The notes below the pieces were generated by a model. It made no database searches and was not told the origin of the DNA. It saw only the letters and a list, made by a program, of their open reading frames with translations. From a virus, in the IMG/VR virus record IMGVR_UViG_3300036835_000374, positions 482 through 64,481 of that record: a stretch of DNA of 64,000 bases. The stretch is one strand, 5' to 3'. Shown here one piece after another: positions 44,259 through 53,812 of the stretch (the stretch's first letter is position 1; each line of letters begins with the position of its first letter). Position numbers and translations under genes: made by a program.

Positions 44259-45194
44259 GTGTCTGCTCAGACGATTCTCGACAACTGGATCCCGATCGAA
44301 TGGGATGACCAGGTCATTCAGCGCGTCCTCGCGGACTCGGCCGTCGAACGGTACGCGCATCCGACGAAGATGACGACCGCGACCAAGCGGATCCTGCGCA
44401 GCGCGGGCCTCGACGTGAACGGTGGTTCGACGTACACCGCCGACACCTCCGACAACGACTACGTCACCCTGACCGCCCGCAAGGTCAACAGCCTGTTCGA
44501 GGTAGACGAGGACGACCTGTCCGACGTCGACTCGGTCATCGACACCGTCAAGACCAAGGGCAACGACTGGGCCATCTCGTACGCCGACCACTTCGACAAC
44601 GCGTGCCTCGGCACGTCCGCCGCGTCGAACGGCACCACGATCCTGTACGACTCCGTGTACAAGTCGCTCCGCACCACCAACTCCGCCACGTCGTACACGG
44701 CGGACGACAACTATCTGTCGTGGAACGGCACCCTGCAGATCGCCTCCACCCCCGACGGCACCAGCCTGTACGAGAAGCTGTCCGCGACGTTCGCCCTCGT
44801 CGAAAACGGCAAGTACTGGAGTGCAGCCGATCAGCTCGTCATCGCCTCCCCGTCCTGGCGGTCCAAGCTCCGCAGCTGCCTCGACGGGCAGGGGCGCCCG
44901 ATCTTCACCCAGGGCACCGGCGGCACCCCGGACATGCTGTTCGAGGCGCCGATCGCCTGGTCCCGCGGCTGCAAGGTGTCCGCGACGAACACCCAGTCCC
45001 CGACGGGGAACGGGCTGCTGATCTACGGCAACCGGCAGTTCCTCAAGCGCGGCGACCGCTCCAACGGGGAGATCCTCGTCGACAAGGCGCGTGCGCAGGA
45101 CACCACGGACAACACCGCGGTGAAGATCCGCGTCCGTAAGGGCTTCGTTGTCGGCCACGAGAACGCGCTGGCGGTTTTGGAGGACGTGTCCTGA
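44259..45194 (+). CDS. Major capsid protein (HK97 fold)
   Basis: WIPIEW...VIQ, LTARK and LDGQGRPIF motifs. Position in head module. Confidence 0.88.
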   Translation: MSAQTILDNWIPIEWDDQVIQRVLADSAVERYAHPTKMTTATKRILRSAGLDVNGGSTYTADTSDNDYVTLTARKVNSLFEVDEDDLSDVDSVIDTVKTKGNDWAISYADHFDNACLGTSAASNGTTILYDSVYKSLRTTNSATSYTADDNYLSWNGTLQIASTPDGTSLYEKLSATFALVENGKYWSAADQLVIASPSWRSKLRSCLDGQGRPIFTQGTGGTPDMLFEAPIAWSRGCKVSATNTQSPTGNGLLIYGNRQFLKRGDRSNGEILVDKARAQDTTDNTAVKIRVRKGFVVGHENALAVLEDVS

Positions 45195-45283
45195 TGCGGG
45201 ATTGATCCTCCCCTTGGATCCTCCGCCGGGGCTTGGTGGGTGCCACCTCGGCGGAGACCCCGCATACAGGCGCAGAGAGGTGT

Positions 45284-45682
45284 ATGGGCGTGGATTACCA
45301 GAGCATGAGCGCACGTGAGTTGCAGCAGGCATGCCGCGACCGCGGCCTGGCCACGGCCCGCGACAAGGACACCATGGTCGCCCGCCTCACCGAGGCCGAC
45401 AGCAAGCAGGGGCCGCTGCGCGCCGAGAACGAGGCTGTCACGGCTGACCCTGCAGACCAGGCCCTGCCCGTCACGGATGCCACGCCAGAGGTGCCCGCCG
45501 TGTGGCAGGAGCGATACCCGGCTGGCGAGCACCTCGCCGACCGCGAGCACCAAGCCAACTGCGCGGCCGTCGTCGCTGCAGCCGAGGCCCACGGCTACCA
45601 GCCGATGGGCGGCGGCTACCGCGTCGGCACGGTCGACGGCCAGCACGTGTACGAAGTCCACCTCTGCCGGGGGACGTCATGA
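45284..45682 (+). CDS. SAP/HeH-motif protein
   Basis: YQSMSARELQQACRDRGLATARDKDTMVARL motif. Confidence 0.6.
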   Translation: MGVDYQSMSARELQQACRDRGLATARDKDTMVARLTEADSKQGPLRAENEAVTADPADQALPVTDATPEVPAVWQERYPAGEHLADREHQANCAAVVAAAEAHGYQPMGGGYRVGTVDGQHVYEVHLCRGTS

Positions 45683-46134
45683 CCGACTGGGCCACCACCG
45701 GGGACGTCGCCACCTACACCGGTGTGAGTGCGACCGCCGCGCAGGTTGCGCAGGCTCAGGCCGTGGTGGAGATCTTCGCCGACACCACCACCGACGCATC
45801 CGACGCCGGGAACATCTCGGAGAAGAACCTCCGCCTCCTCAAGCAGGCCGTCTCCTACCAGGCGGCGTGGATCACCCAGCACCCCGACGCCTTCACCAAC
45901 ATGGACGTCAGCAGCGTCAGCCAGGACCAGGTGTCCGCGACGTTCCGCCACGACAACGCCCAGATCCTCGCCCCGCTCGCAAAGCGCTGCATCGACCGCC
46001 TGTCCTGGAAGCGGATGCGCCCGCTACGGATCGGACGCGGTGGCCGGCCGCTCTCGCGGACCCTGAACGTCACCTCCGCGACGCAGGACGAGAACGACCC
46101 CAGGTGGCGGCCGCTCAGCCATGGGGGTGTCTGA
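45679..46134 (+). CDS. Head-tail adaptor
   Basis: WATTGDV...LKQAVSYQAAW...SQDQVS motif. Confidence 0.75.
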   Translation: MTDWATTGDVATYTGVSATAAQVAQAQAVVEIFADTTTDASDAGNISEKNLRLLKQAVSYQAAWITQHPDAFTNMDVSSVSQDQVSATFRHDNAQILAPLAKRCIDRLSWKRMRPLRIGRGGRPLSRTLNVTSATQDENDPRWRPLSHGGV

Positions 46135-46463
46135 TGCTGGCGCTCGCGACGACCACGGTGACCGTGTACCGGGGCACGACCACGGACGCGTATGGCGACG
46201 AGCAGGACACGAACACCGCCGTCTACACCGGGATCCCAGCGTCGATTGTCGAGCAGACCCGGCGGACCACGACCCGCGACGATCCCACACCGCGGATCGT
46301 GCGGTACGCCGTCGGCCGCGTCACCTCGGGTACGGACATCACAGACCAGGACCGCCTGTACGACGAGAAGACCGGCGCCACGTACATCGTTGAGGCCGTC
46401 TCCTCCATGACTTCCGCAGCCGTGGCCGCCGACGTGCGGCTGGAGCTGCGGCGCACCACCTGA
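46134..46463 (+). CDS. Head closure/stopper protein
   Basis: TVYRG...DAYGD...TYIVEAV motif. Confidence 0.7.
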   Translation: MLALATTTVTVYRGTTTDAYGDEQDTNTAVYTGIPASIVEQTRRTTTRDDPTPRIVRYAVGRVTSGTDITDQDRLYDEKTGATYIVEAVSSMTSAAVAADVRLELRRTT

Positions 46464-46566
46464 TCACTTTGCGGGCACCCACAACGCGATCAAGAACTGA
46501 ACAGGCCACACAGCTCGGGGAGACCGGGCGGCCACCACAACGACCGGCTTCGGAGAGGAGGCGGCC

Positions 46567-46938
46567 ATGGCACGATCCGGTGTACGGATCGACCCCTCAG
46601 CACGCGCGCACGTCGACGCAGCCATCAACGACTGGCTCGACAAGACCATCGGCTCCGCGATCCTCTCCGACGCCCGGAACTACGTGCCCAAACGCACCGG
46701 CAGGCTCCTCGAATCGCTGCGCAGCGAGGTCCACGACAAGGTGCTCCGCGTCGGCTCGCTCGACGTGAACTACTGCACCGACGTGGAGATGGGCACGTCC
46801 GCACACGTCATCAAGCCGCGCTACAAGAAGGCCCTGTACTGGGAAGGCGCCCAGCATCCGGTGGCGCGCGTCAACCATCCCGGCACCGCCCCCCGGCCGT
46901 TCCTCCGCACAGCCCTGTTCCAGCGGAGGACACCATGA
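46567..46938 (+). CDS. HK97 gp10-like neck protein
   Basis: VPKRTGRL, VEMGT and HPGTAPRPFLR motifs. Confidence 0.85.
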   Translation: MARSGVRIDPSARAHVDAAINDWLDKTIGSAILSDARNYVPKRTGRLLESLRSEVHDKVLRVGSLDVNYCTDVEMGTSAHVIKPRYKKALYWEGAQHPVARVNHPGTAPRPFLRTALFQRRTP

Positions 46939-47396
46939 GCACACCCGCCCTCCGCGCCACCCCCGAACTCGTCGCGATCGCCTGGCTGAAGACTGTGGTC
47001 GGTGACATCGTGGCCACCACCCTGCCCAAGCCCAGTAGCGACGGCAGCCTCTCGTGGGAGACCACCGGTTTCGTCACCGTGACCACCGTCGGCGGCACCC
47101 CCAACGCCTACGTACCGATGCGGGAACCGGTCATCGGCGTGGACTGCTGGGCCGCCAACACCAGCAGCCAGAAGCCGCCATGGAACAAGGCAGCCTGCCT
47201 CGCCGAAGCCATCAACACCGCGTGCCAAGCCCACACCGCGATTCCGCAGACCGTCACCCTCCCGGCCGGCTACCCGGACGTACAGGTCCGTTCCGCCTAC
47301 GTCACGGGCGACCCGCGCCGTGTCCCCGACGACCCGAGCAGCTACGCCCGCTACAGCATCCCGGGCCTGGCCGTCGCATGGGTGGAGGTGCCATGA
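46935..47396 (+). CDS. Tail terminator
   Basis: Position, plus the PVIGVDCWA motif. Confidence 0.7.
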   Translation: MSTPALRATPELVAIAWLKTVVGDIVATTLPKPSSDGSLSWETTGFVTVTTVGGTPNAYVPMREPVIGVDCWAANTSSQKPPWNKAACLAEAINTACQAHTAIPQTVTLPAGYPDVQVRSAYVTGDPRRVPDDPSSYARYSIPGLAVAWVEVP

Positions 47397-47617
47397 GCCG
47401 CTACGCCCTCCAGGGCGCCACCAGCCGAGACCTCCTCACCTGGAACGGCCGCGTGCTGGTCCACGACAACCGGGCCGAGTTGGAGTTCCTCATCGCCGGA
47501 GCCCGCGTCATCGTGTGCCCGCGCGACATCCCGCCCGAGCAAACCCTGGAGCTCCGCTTCCACCCGCAGTTCGCCCACCACCGCTTCCCGCTGCAGCGAG
47601 AGGACTACCCGGCATGA
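47393..47617 (+). CDS. Small structural-region protein
   Basis: GGAGG RBS, coupled. Confidence 0.55.
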   Translation: MSRYALQGATSRDLLTWNGRVLVHDNRAELEFLIAGARVIVCPRDIPPEQTLELRFHPQFAHHRFPLQREDYPA

Positions 47618-47817
47618 CCCACAGGATCTCCACCACCATGCGGCCCGACCAGCCGATCGACGTCGGTGACGCCGAGTACCTCGACCTCAAGCGGCAGGGC
47701 CTCATCGCCCACGACTACACCCGGCAGCCTGCTGCTCCCGTACCTCCGCCGGCGCCTGCCGCGCGGACGGCCACCACAAAGAAGGCCGCCCCGTCGGCCA
47801 CCAGCAAGGAGGACTGA
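47614..47817 (+). CDS. Small structural-region protein
   Basis: Coupled, Pro/Ala tail. Confidence 0.55.
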   Translation: MTHRISTTMRPDQPIDVGDAEYLDLKRQGLIAHDYTRQPAAPVPPPAPAARTATTKKAAPSATSKED

Positions 47818-47820
47818 CCA

Positions 47821-48384
47821 GTGTCCGTGACTGCAACCAACTTGGTCGAGGGACCTGCCACCCTCTACACCGGAGCGTTCGGTGCGACCGAGCCCGCCGA
47901 CACCGCCGTCAACACCACCCCGGCTGCCTCGTCGTGGACGGACGTCGGCGGCACCCAGGACGGTGTGAAGCTCACCATCGACCAGAGCTATCAGGAGTTG
48001 GAGGTCGACCAGATCGTTGACCGTGTCGGCTCGCGGCTGACGAAGCGCGACTTCATGGTGGAGACGACGCTCGCCGAACCGACCCTGGACAACCTCAGCC
48101 TGGCACTGAACGGCGGCACATCGGCGTCTGGGGCGGGCTACTCGTCGTTCGAGCCGTCGTTCGCGAGTTCGGCGACGCAGCCGACGTACATCGCGCTCCT
48201 CTTCGACGGCTGGGCCCCGGGCGGCGCGTACACGCGGCGGGCCATCGTCCGCAAGGCACTGTCCACGGACGCCACAGAGATGGCGTACACGAAGGACAAG
48301 ATGACCGTGTTCGGCGTCAAGTTCGCAGGTCACTACGTGTCCGCGTCCACGGCCCCTATACACATCGTCGATCAGACCAGCTAG
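47821..48384 (+). CDS. Major tail (tube) protein
   Basis: WTDVGGTQDGV, VDQ and ETTLAEPTLDNL motifs. Confidence 0.85.
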   Translation: MSVTATNLVEGPATLYTGAFGATEPADTAVNTTPAASSWTDVGGTQDGVKLTIDQSYQELEVDQIVDRVGSRLTKRDFMVETTLAEPTLDNLSLALNGGTSASGAGYSSFEPSFASSATQPTYIALLFDGWAPGGAYTRRAIVRKALSTDATEMAYTKDKMTVFGVKFAGHYVSASTAPIHIVDQTS

Positions 48385-48418
48385 CCCCTACCCCTGCACG
48401 CCTGCGAGGAGCACCACC

Positions 48419-48838
48419 ATGGCACCCACCACCCCCCGTACCCGGCAGACCACCGCAGCCCGCAAGCGGGCCGCCGCCAAGCCCAGCGTGAACGGCAGTG
48501 GCGGTCTGGACTTCGAGCCGATCCGGATCGCGGCCGACACCGAAGTCCCCGAGGAGCGGGTTCCGCTGTTCTACATCGGCGACACCGAGTACACGATCCC
48601 CAAGCACATCTCGCGCGGTGTTGCCCTTCAGTACCTGCGGCACGCCGCCGAGGTCGGCCACGACCTGGCGACCGCGCCGCTCCTCATTCGCGTGCTGGGC
48701 GAGGAGGCGTACACGGCGCTGGAGGAGTCCCGCGCGCTGACCGAGGAGCAGCTCGGAGAGATCGTTGACATCATCATCAAGCAGGCCCTCGGCGGCCCGG
48801 AGAAGGAGAAGGAGGGAAAAGCGGCCCGGCGTGGCTGA
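48419..48838 (+). CDS. Tail assembly chaperone (short form)
   Basis: Lies between tube and tape-measure genes. Ends just after the slippery site. Confidence 0.8.
   Translation: MAPTTPRTRQTTAARKRAAAKPSVNGSGGLDFEPIRIAADTEVPEERVPLFYIGDTEYTIPKHISRGVALQYLRHAAEVGHDLATAPLLIRVLGEEAYTALEESRALTEEQLGEIVDIIIKQALGGPEKEKEGKAARRG
48814..48820 (+). other. Programmed -1 frameshift site G GGA AAA
   Basis: X XXY YYZ heptamer in correct phase. The -1 frame is open to 49224. Confidence 0.8.
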
Positions 48839-49224
48839 CCCGCCTACGTGACTGGGCCTACGAGTCCGCCTGGCTGGACGCGATCGCGGACCGCCTCGGT
48901 CAGGTCATGTGGGTCCTCGACCACCAGGACGACTTGGACGCCGATTTCCTCGCCATCTACGGAATTGATCTCCTTGAGCAAGAGATCAGCGCACGACGGT
49001 ACTTCGCCCTCGCGCACCGGCTGGCCGCGTACCAGGGTGTGATGGCCGCCCGCATCGAAGCCGAACGGGAAGCAACACAAGCGAACAGTACGAGCAGTAC
49101 AACCCGCACACGAAACGACGCACCACCCGCGACGGGTGACGGCGGAGACCGCGAGGTCTCGCTGACAGCGTTCCGGGTCATGTTCCCCGGAATCGTGAGC
49201 GGAGGAAAGCAAGGTGGCGGGTAG
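48820..49224 (+). CDS. Tail assembly chaperone, frameshift extension (GT-like long form)
   Basis: Open -1 frame: SGPAWLTRLRDW...DLDADFLAIYGIDL. Confidence 0.75.
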   Translation, partial: SGPAWLTRLRDWAYESAWLDAIADRLGQVMWVLDHQDDLDADFLAIYGIDLLEQEISARRYFALAHRLAAYQGVMAARIEAEREATQANSTSSTTRTRNDAPPATGDGGDREVSLTAFRVMFPGIVSGGKQGGG

Positions 49225-52200
49225 CTTTCGCATAGCCGAGGGATACGTCGAGGTCACGGCCGACGAGACTGGCTACGACCGGGCGATGCAGCGGCTGCGG
49301 TCGAAGAAGACGACCGCGACCGTCACCCTCGACATCGACGACTCCGCCGCGCTGGCGAAGCTGCGCCGGTTCGCCGACGAGCACTCGCGGACTGTACTGA
49401 AGGCGGTCATCGACGCCGACCTGTCCGAGGCGTCCGTCCGGCGTGTGTCGGCCGCGCTGGACCGGCTCACCAAGGACCGTGTCGTCAACATCCGCGTCCA
49501 ACTCGACGACTCCGCTGCGCTTGCCCGCCTGAATGAGTTCGCTCGCTCGCGTGTCACCCGGATCACCGCGGACCTCGACATGCGTGCGGCGGCGGACGAT
49601 CTGGCTCTGCTGACCCGGCCGCGTACGACGCGCATCACCGCGGACGCGGACACCCGCGCGGCGGCTGACGACCTGGCGCTGCTGACGCGGCACCGCACAG
49701 TCAACGTCCGCGTCGACCTAGACCGTTCGATGATCGGCGTGCTGTCCTCGCTCGGAAGCAGCAGCGGCGGCAGTTCATCCGGGATCAAGCGCCTGTTCTC
49801 CGCGCTGACCAACCTGAAGGTCCTGGCGGTCGGTGCGTCGCCGGCCCTGGCGTCCCTTGGACAAGCGCTCATCCAGATGGGCCCGGCGGCCGCGGTGGCT
49901 GCGCCGGCGGTGTTGTCGCTGGGTGCTGCGTTCGCCGCGATCAAGATCGGCACCAGTGGGATCGGGGACGCGTTCAAGGCGGCGTTCGCGCCGGCCACGA
50001 AGTCCGCGGGCGCCGCCGAGTCGTCGACGCGGAAGGTGGAGTCGGCCCAGCGGTCCCTCGCGAAGGCGCAGCAAGCGGTGAAGGACGCGGAGGTCAACGC
50101 CGCGGAGGCCCGCGTCAAGGCGGCCCGGGACATTCAGGACGCGCAGCAGAACCTGAAGAACACCGTGCAGGACGTCGCCGACGCCAACCGGCGCGCGGCC
50201 GAATCGGTGGCGTCGGCGGAGCGGGATCTCGCGGACGCGCAGCGTGCGGCCCGGCAGGCGCAGCAGGATCTCACGGCCGCGCGGAAGGAAGCCGCGCAGG
50301 AACTGGAAGACCTGAACAACCGGCTCGCGGACGCCCAGTTGGACCAGCGGCAGAAGGTCCTCGACCTCCAGGACGCCGAGCAGGAGCTGGCCGCGGTCAA
50401 GGCCAAGGGCAGCAAGGCCACGCAGGAGGAGCTCGACAAGGCGCAGCTGGCCTACGACAGGGCCGTGCAGGCGCTGCAGGAGCAGCAGACCGAGACGGCC
50501 CGGCTGCAGGACCAGACCGACGCCGCGAACACGGCCGGGGTGGAGGGCTCTCAGAAGGTCAAGAAGGCCAAGGACGACATCAAGGACGCCAACCAGGAAG
50601 TCGCCGACAAGACCCAGGCGCTCAAGGACGCGGAGATCGAGGCGGCCCGCGCGCAGGAGGACGGGGCGCAGCGCGTCGCGAAAGCCCAAAGGGATGTGGC
50701 GGACGCGCAGGCGGCTGCGGCGAAGGCCGCAGCGGACGGGGCCCGGCAGATCGCGGATGCGCAGGAGGCCGCGCGGGAGGCGGCGCAGGCCCTCGCGGAC
50801 GCGCAGAAGTCCGGGGCCGCAGCCACCAGCAAGGTGGGCGACGCGATGGCGAAGCTCGCTCCGAACGCCCGCGCGTTCGTCGACGCGGTCCTTGCCCAGC
50901 GCGACGCGTGGCGGGGACTGAAGCTGGACGTCCAGAACACCCTGTTCGAGGGGCTGGGGCAGAAGTTCACGACCATGTCCACGGCGATCCTGCCGTCCTT
51001 GAAGCAGGGACTGTCCGGTACGGCGGGCGTGCTCAACACGATGGCGAAGAACGCCATGACCACGGTCACCGAACTCGGCAAGACCGGCATGATCAAGAAG
51101 CTGTTCGCGGGGCTCAACGAGGGACTCAAGCCCCTGGCGAAGGTGCCGGGCCAGTTCATCAAAGGTCTGACGCAGATCTCTATCGCGGCGTCCCCGGCGT
51201 TCAAGCGTGTCACCACAGCGGCCGGTGGCTTCTTCGACCGGTTCTCCAAGCAGATCGACAAGGCATCGAAGAACGGCCACCTGGAAAAGATCATCGATCA
51301 GGCGTTGGACATCGCTTCGCAGTTCGGGCATCTGATCGGTGACATCTTCGGCACCCTCGGCAACGTCATGAAAGCCGCCGGGAAGGCCGGTGGCGACGCT
51401 CTAGGGGCGCTCGGCGAGACGTTCAAGGAGCTCCGCCGCATCACAGCTATGCCGGAGGTGCAGAAGGCCCTCACATCGATCTTCAAGGCCATCAACGCGG
51501 TCGCCAAGGTCTTCGCGACGACGCTCGGTGCGGTCATTGAGGCAGCTCTGCCGCTGCTCGCCGCGATCGCCCCCGTGATAACAGAGTTGGCGGAGAAGTT
51601 CGGGCCGGTCTTGGTGGATCTGGCGAAGACGCTGGGTGAGGCGCTGATGCCGATCGTGGACGCGCTGCTGCCGGTGGTGTCGGACATCGGCGGCGTCATC
51701 GTCGGCCTGGTCGCGGCGGTCCTGCCGCTGTTGAAGCCGCTCGGTGATCTGATCGCGGCGATCGTCACGGCGATCGCTCCGGTACTCTCCTCGATCGGGT
51801 CCGCGCTGGTGCCGCTGATCGCGGCGCTGGCGCAGGGGATGATGCCGGTGGTGGCCGCGCTTACGCCGATCGTGCAGATGCTCGGCGGGTTCCTCGCCCA
51901 GCTGGCGCCGCTGTTCCCGCCGATCATCACGGCTCTGCTGCCGTTGATCCCGCCGATTGCTCAGCTGACGACGGCGCTGCTCACTTTGGCGCTGCAGGTG
52001 ATCACGCCGCTGATGCCGCTCATCATCGGGCTGGCGCAGTTGTTCACGGGCGTGCTGGCCGGGGCGATTCAGATTCTGGTGCCGGTGATCACGACGGTGA
52101 TCGGGTGGATCACGACGTTTGTGCAGGCCATGGCGGACGGCGTGAAGCTGATCGTTGACGGGTTCAAGTGGCTGTACGACACGCTGGTCGGGCACTCGAT

Positions 52201-53812
52201 CATCCCGGACCTGGTGAAGGCGATCGTCTCGTGGTTCACGTCGTTGTGGACGAAGACGAAGGAGATCTTCACGACCCTGAAGAACTGGGTCGTGCAGACC
52301 TGGAAGGACCTATGGGGCGCGGTGCGCTCGAAGTGGGATGGCTTCTGGTCTGGGCTGAGGTCGGCGGTGTCCGGCGCGTGGAAGTCCCTGAAGGACAGCG
52401 TGTCGTCGCTGAAGAGCGGGATCACGAACACGTGGAACTCGCTGTGGAACGGCGCCAAGGACAAAGTGTCGGGCATCTTCTCGACGATCCGCGGGAAGGT
52501 CACCGACTTCAAGAACGCGATGAAGTCCGCGTTCTCCACCCTGCGGGACTCGCTGGGCTCCATCTGGAACGGCGTCAAGTCGAAGATCGGCAGCCCCATC
52601 AAGTGGGTCATCGATCACGTGTACAACAACGGCATCCGCAAGATGTGGAACACGATCGCCGGGAAGATCAGCAGCCACCTCACCCTTCCCACGATCAGCC
52701 TCGGTTTCAACAAGGGCGGCGTTGTCCCCGGCTCCGGCAACAGCGACACGGTTCCCGCGATGCTCACCCCCGGCGAACGCATCCTGTCCAAGCAGCAGGT
52801 CGACCAGCTCGGCGGGCATCGCGGTATCGACGCGATGCTCGGCCAGGACCACCCCACGAAGACCGGCGGGAACCCGAGCAACCAGCAGGAACGCAAGCGC
52901 GAACAGGCGACCCAGCATTTCGCGTCGGGCGGGATCATCGGGAAGATCGGCAGCGTCGTCGGCGGTGCCGTCGACTGGGCGAAGGACCTCGTCATCGGCG
53001 GGCTGCAAGCCGCGGCACGCAAGGCCATCACCTCGCTGGTGAAGCCGCTCATCAACTCCATTCCCGGCGGCGGCGTCGGCTCCCTGCTGAAGGGCCTGTC
53101 GAACAAAGCCTTGGACGGGATCCTCGGGTTCCTCGGCAAGGAGGACAAGAAGGCAGTCGGCGGGCCGGCGGTGCAGCGGGCTTTGGCGTGGGTGAAGACG
53201 CAGGACGGCAAGAAGTACCAGTGGGCCGGAAACGGGAACCCCAGTTGGGACTGCTCGGGTCTGATGTCCGCTATCGAGTCGGTGATCCGCGGCGAGCATC
53301 CGCATCGTCGTTGGGCAACGGGCGCGTTCTCCGGTTCCAATGGCCCGTCCGGTTGGGTGCGGAACCTGAACTCCCCGTTCATGATCGGCATCACGAATGC
53401 GGGCGTCGGCCACACTGCAGGCACGCTCGCCGGGATGAACGTCGAGAGCTCGGGCGGCCGCGGCGTCCACATGGGCAAGAGCGCACGCGGCTACAACGAC
53501 CCGATGTTCACCAGCCGGTGGGGCTTCAAGCCCGCCACGAAGTACGACACCGGCGGCCTGCTACAGCCCGGCGCGACACTCGCCGTGAACAACACCGGCC
53601 GCCCGGAGGCCGTCCTCACCGCCGATGAGCGCGCCCAGTTCCAGGCGCTCATCGGCGGCCTGCACGCAGGGATGTCGATCCAGAACCTGACCGTCAGCAT
53701 CGCGGGGACGTTCGACCTGTCCAGCCCGTCCGAGCGGAAGAAGGCCGCGAACGCCATGGTCGTCGAGATCAAAGAGGCGCTCCGCAACTACGACCGGGGG
53801 AGGGCACGCTGA
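49214..53812 (+). CDS. Tape measure protein with C-terminal NlpC/P60-like domain
   Basis: 1532 aa, helical, with Trp-periodic repeats. YQWAGNGNPSWDCSGLMS...HTAG near the C-terminus. Confidence 0.93.
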   Translation: MAGSFRIAEGYVEVTADETGYDRAMQRLRSKKTTATVTLDIDDSAALAKLRRFADEHSRTVLKAVIDADLSEASVRRVSAALDRLTKDRVVNIRVQLDDSAALARLNEFARSRVTRITADLDMRAAADDLALLTRPRTTRITADADTRAAADDLALLTRHRTVNVRVDLDRSMIGVLSSLGSSSGGSSSGIKRLFSALTNLKVLAVGASPALASLGQALIQMGPAAAVAAPAVLSLGAAFAAIKIGTSGIGDAFKAAFAPATKSAGAAESSTRKVESAQRSLAKAQQAVKDAEVNAAEARVKAARDIQDAQQNLKNTVQDVADANRRAAESVASAERDLADAQRAARQAQQDLTAARKEAAQELEDLNNRLADAQLDQRQKVLDLQDAEQELAAVKAKGSKATQEELDKAQLAYDRAVQALQEQQTETARLQDQTDAANTAGVEGSQKVKKAKDDIKDANQEVADKTQALKDAEIEAARAQEDGAQRVAKAQRDVADAQAAAAKAAADGARQIADAQEAAREAAQALADAQKSGAAATSKVGDAMAKLAPNARAFVDAVLAQRDAWRGLKLDVQNTLFEGLGQKFTTMSTAILPSLKQGLSGTAGVLNTMAKNAMTTVTELGKTGMIKKLFAGLNEGLKPLAKVPGQFIKGLTQISIAASPAFKRVTTAAGGFFDRFSKQIDKASKNGHLEKIIDQALDIASQFGHLIGDIFGTLGNVMKAAGKAGGDALGALGETFKELRRITAMPEVQKALTSIFKAINAVAKVFATTLGAVIEAALPLLAAIAPVITELAEKFGPVLVDLAKTLGEALMPIVDALLPVVSDIGGVIVGLVAAVLPLLKPLGDLIAAIVTAIAPVLSSIGSALVPLIAALAQGMMPVVAALTPIVQMLGGFLAQLAPLFPPIITALLPLIPPIAQLTTALLTLALQVITPLMPLIIGLAQLFTGVLAGAIQILVPVITTVIGWITTFVQAMADGVKLIVDGFKWLYDTLVGHSIIPDLVKAIVSWFTSLWTKTKEIFTTLKNWVVQTWKDLWGAVRSKWDGFWSGLRSAVSGAWKSLKDSVSSLKSGITNTWNSLWNGAKDKVSGIFSTIRGKVTDFKNAMKSAFSTLRDSLGSIWNGVKSKIGSPIKWVIDHVYNNGIRKMWNTIAGKISSHLTLPTISLGFNKGGVVPGSGNSDTVPAMLTPGERILSKQQVDQLGGHRGIDAMLGQDHPTKTGGNPSNQQERKREQATQHFASGGIIGKIGSVVGGAVDWAKDLVIGGLQAAARKAITSLVKPLINSIPGGGVGSLLKGLSNKALDGILGFLGKEDKKAVGGPAVQRALAWVKTQDGKKYQWAGNGNPSWDCSGLMSAIESVIRGEHPHRRWATGAFSGSNGPSGWVRNLNSPFMIGITNAGVGHTAGTLAGMNVESSGGRGVHMGKSARGYNDPMFTSRWGFKPATKYDTGGLLQPGATLAVNNTGRPEAVLTADERAQFQALIGGLHAGMSIQNLTVSIAGTFDLSSPSERKKAANAMVVEIKEALRNYDRGRAR

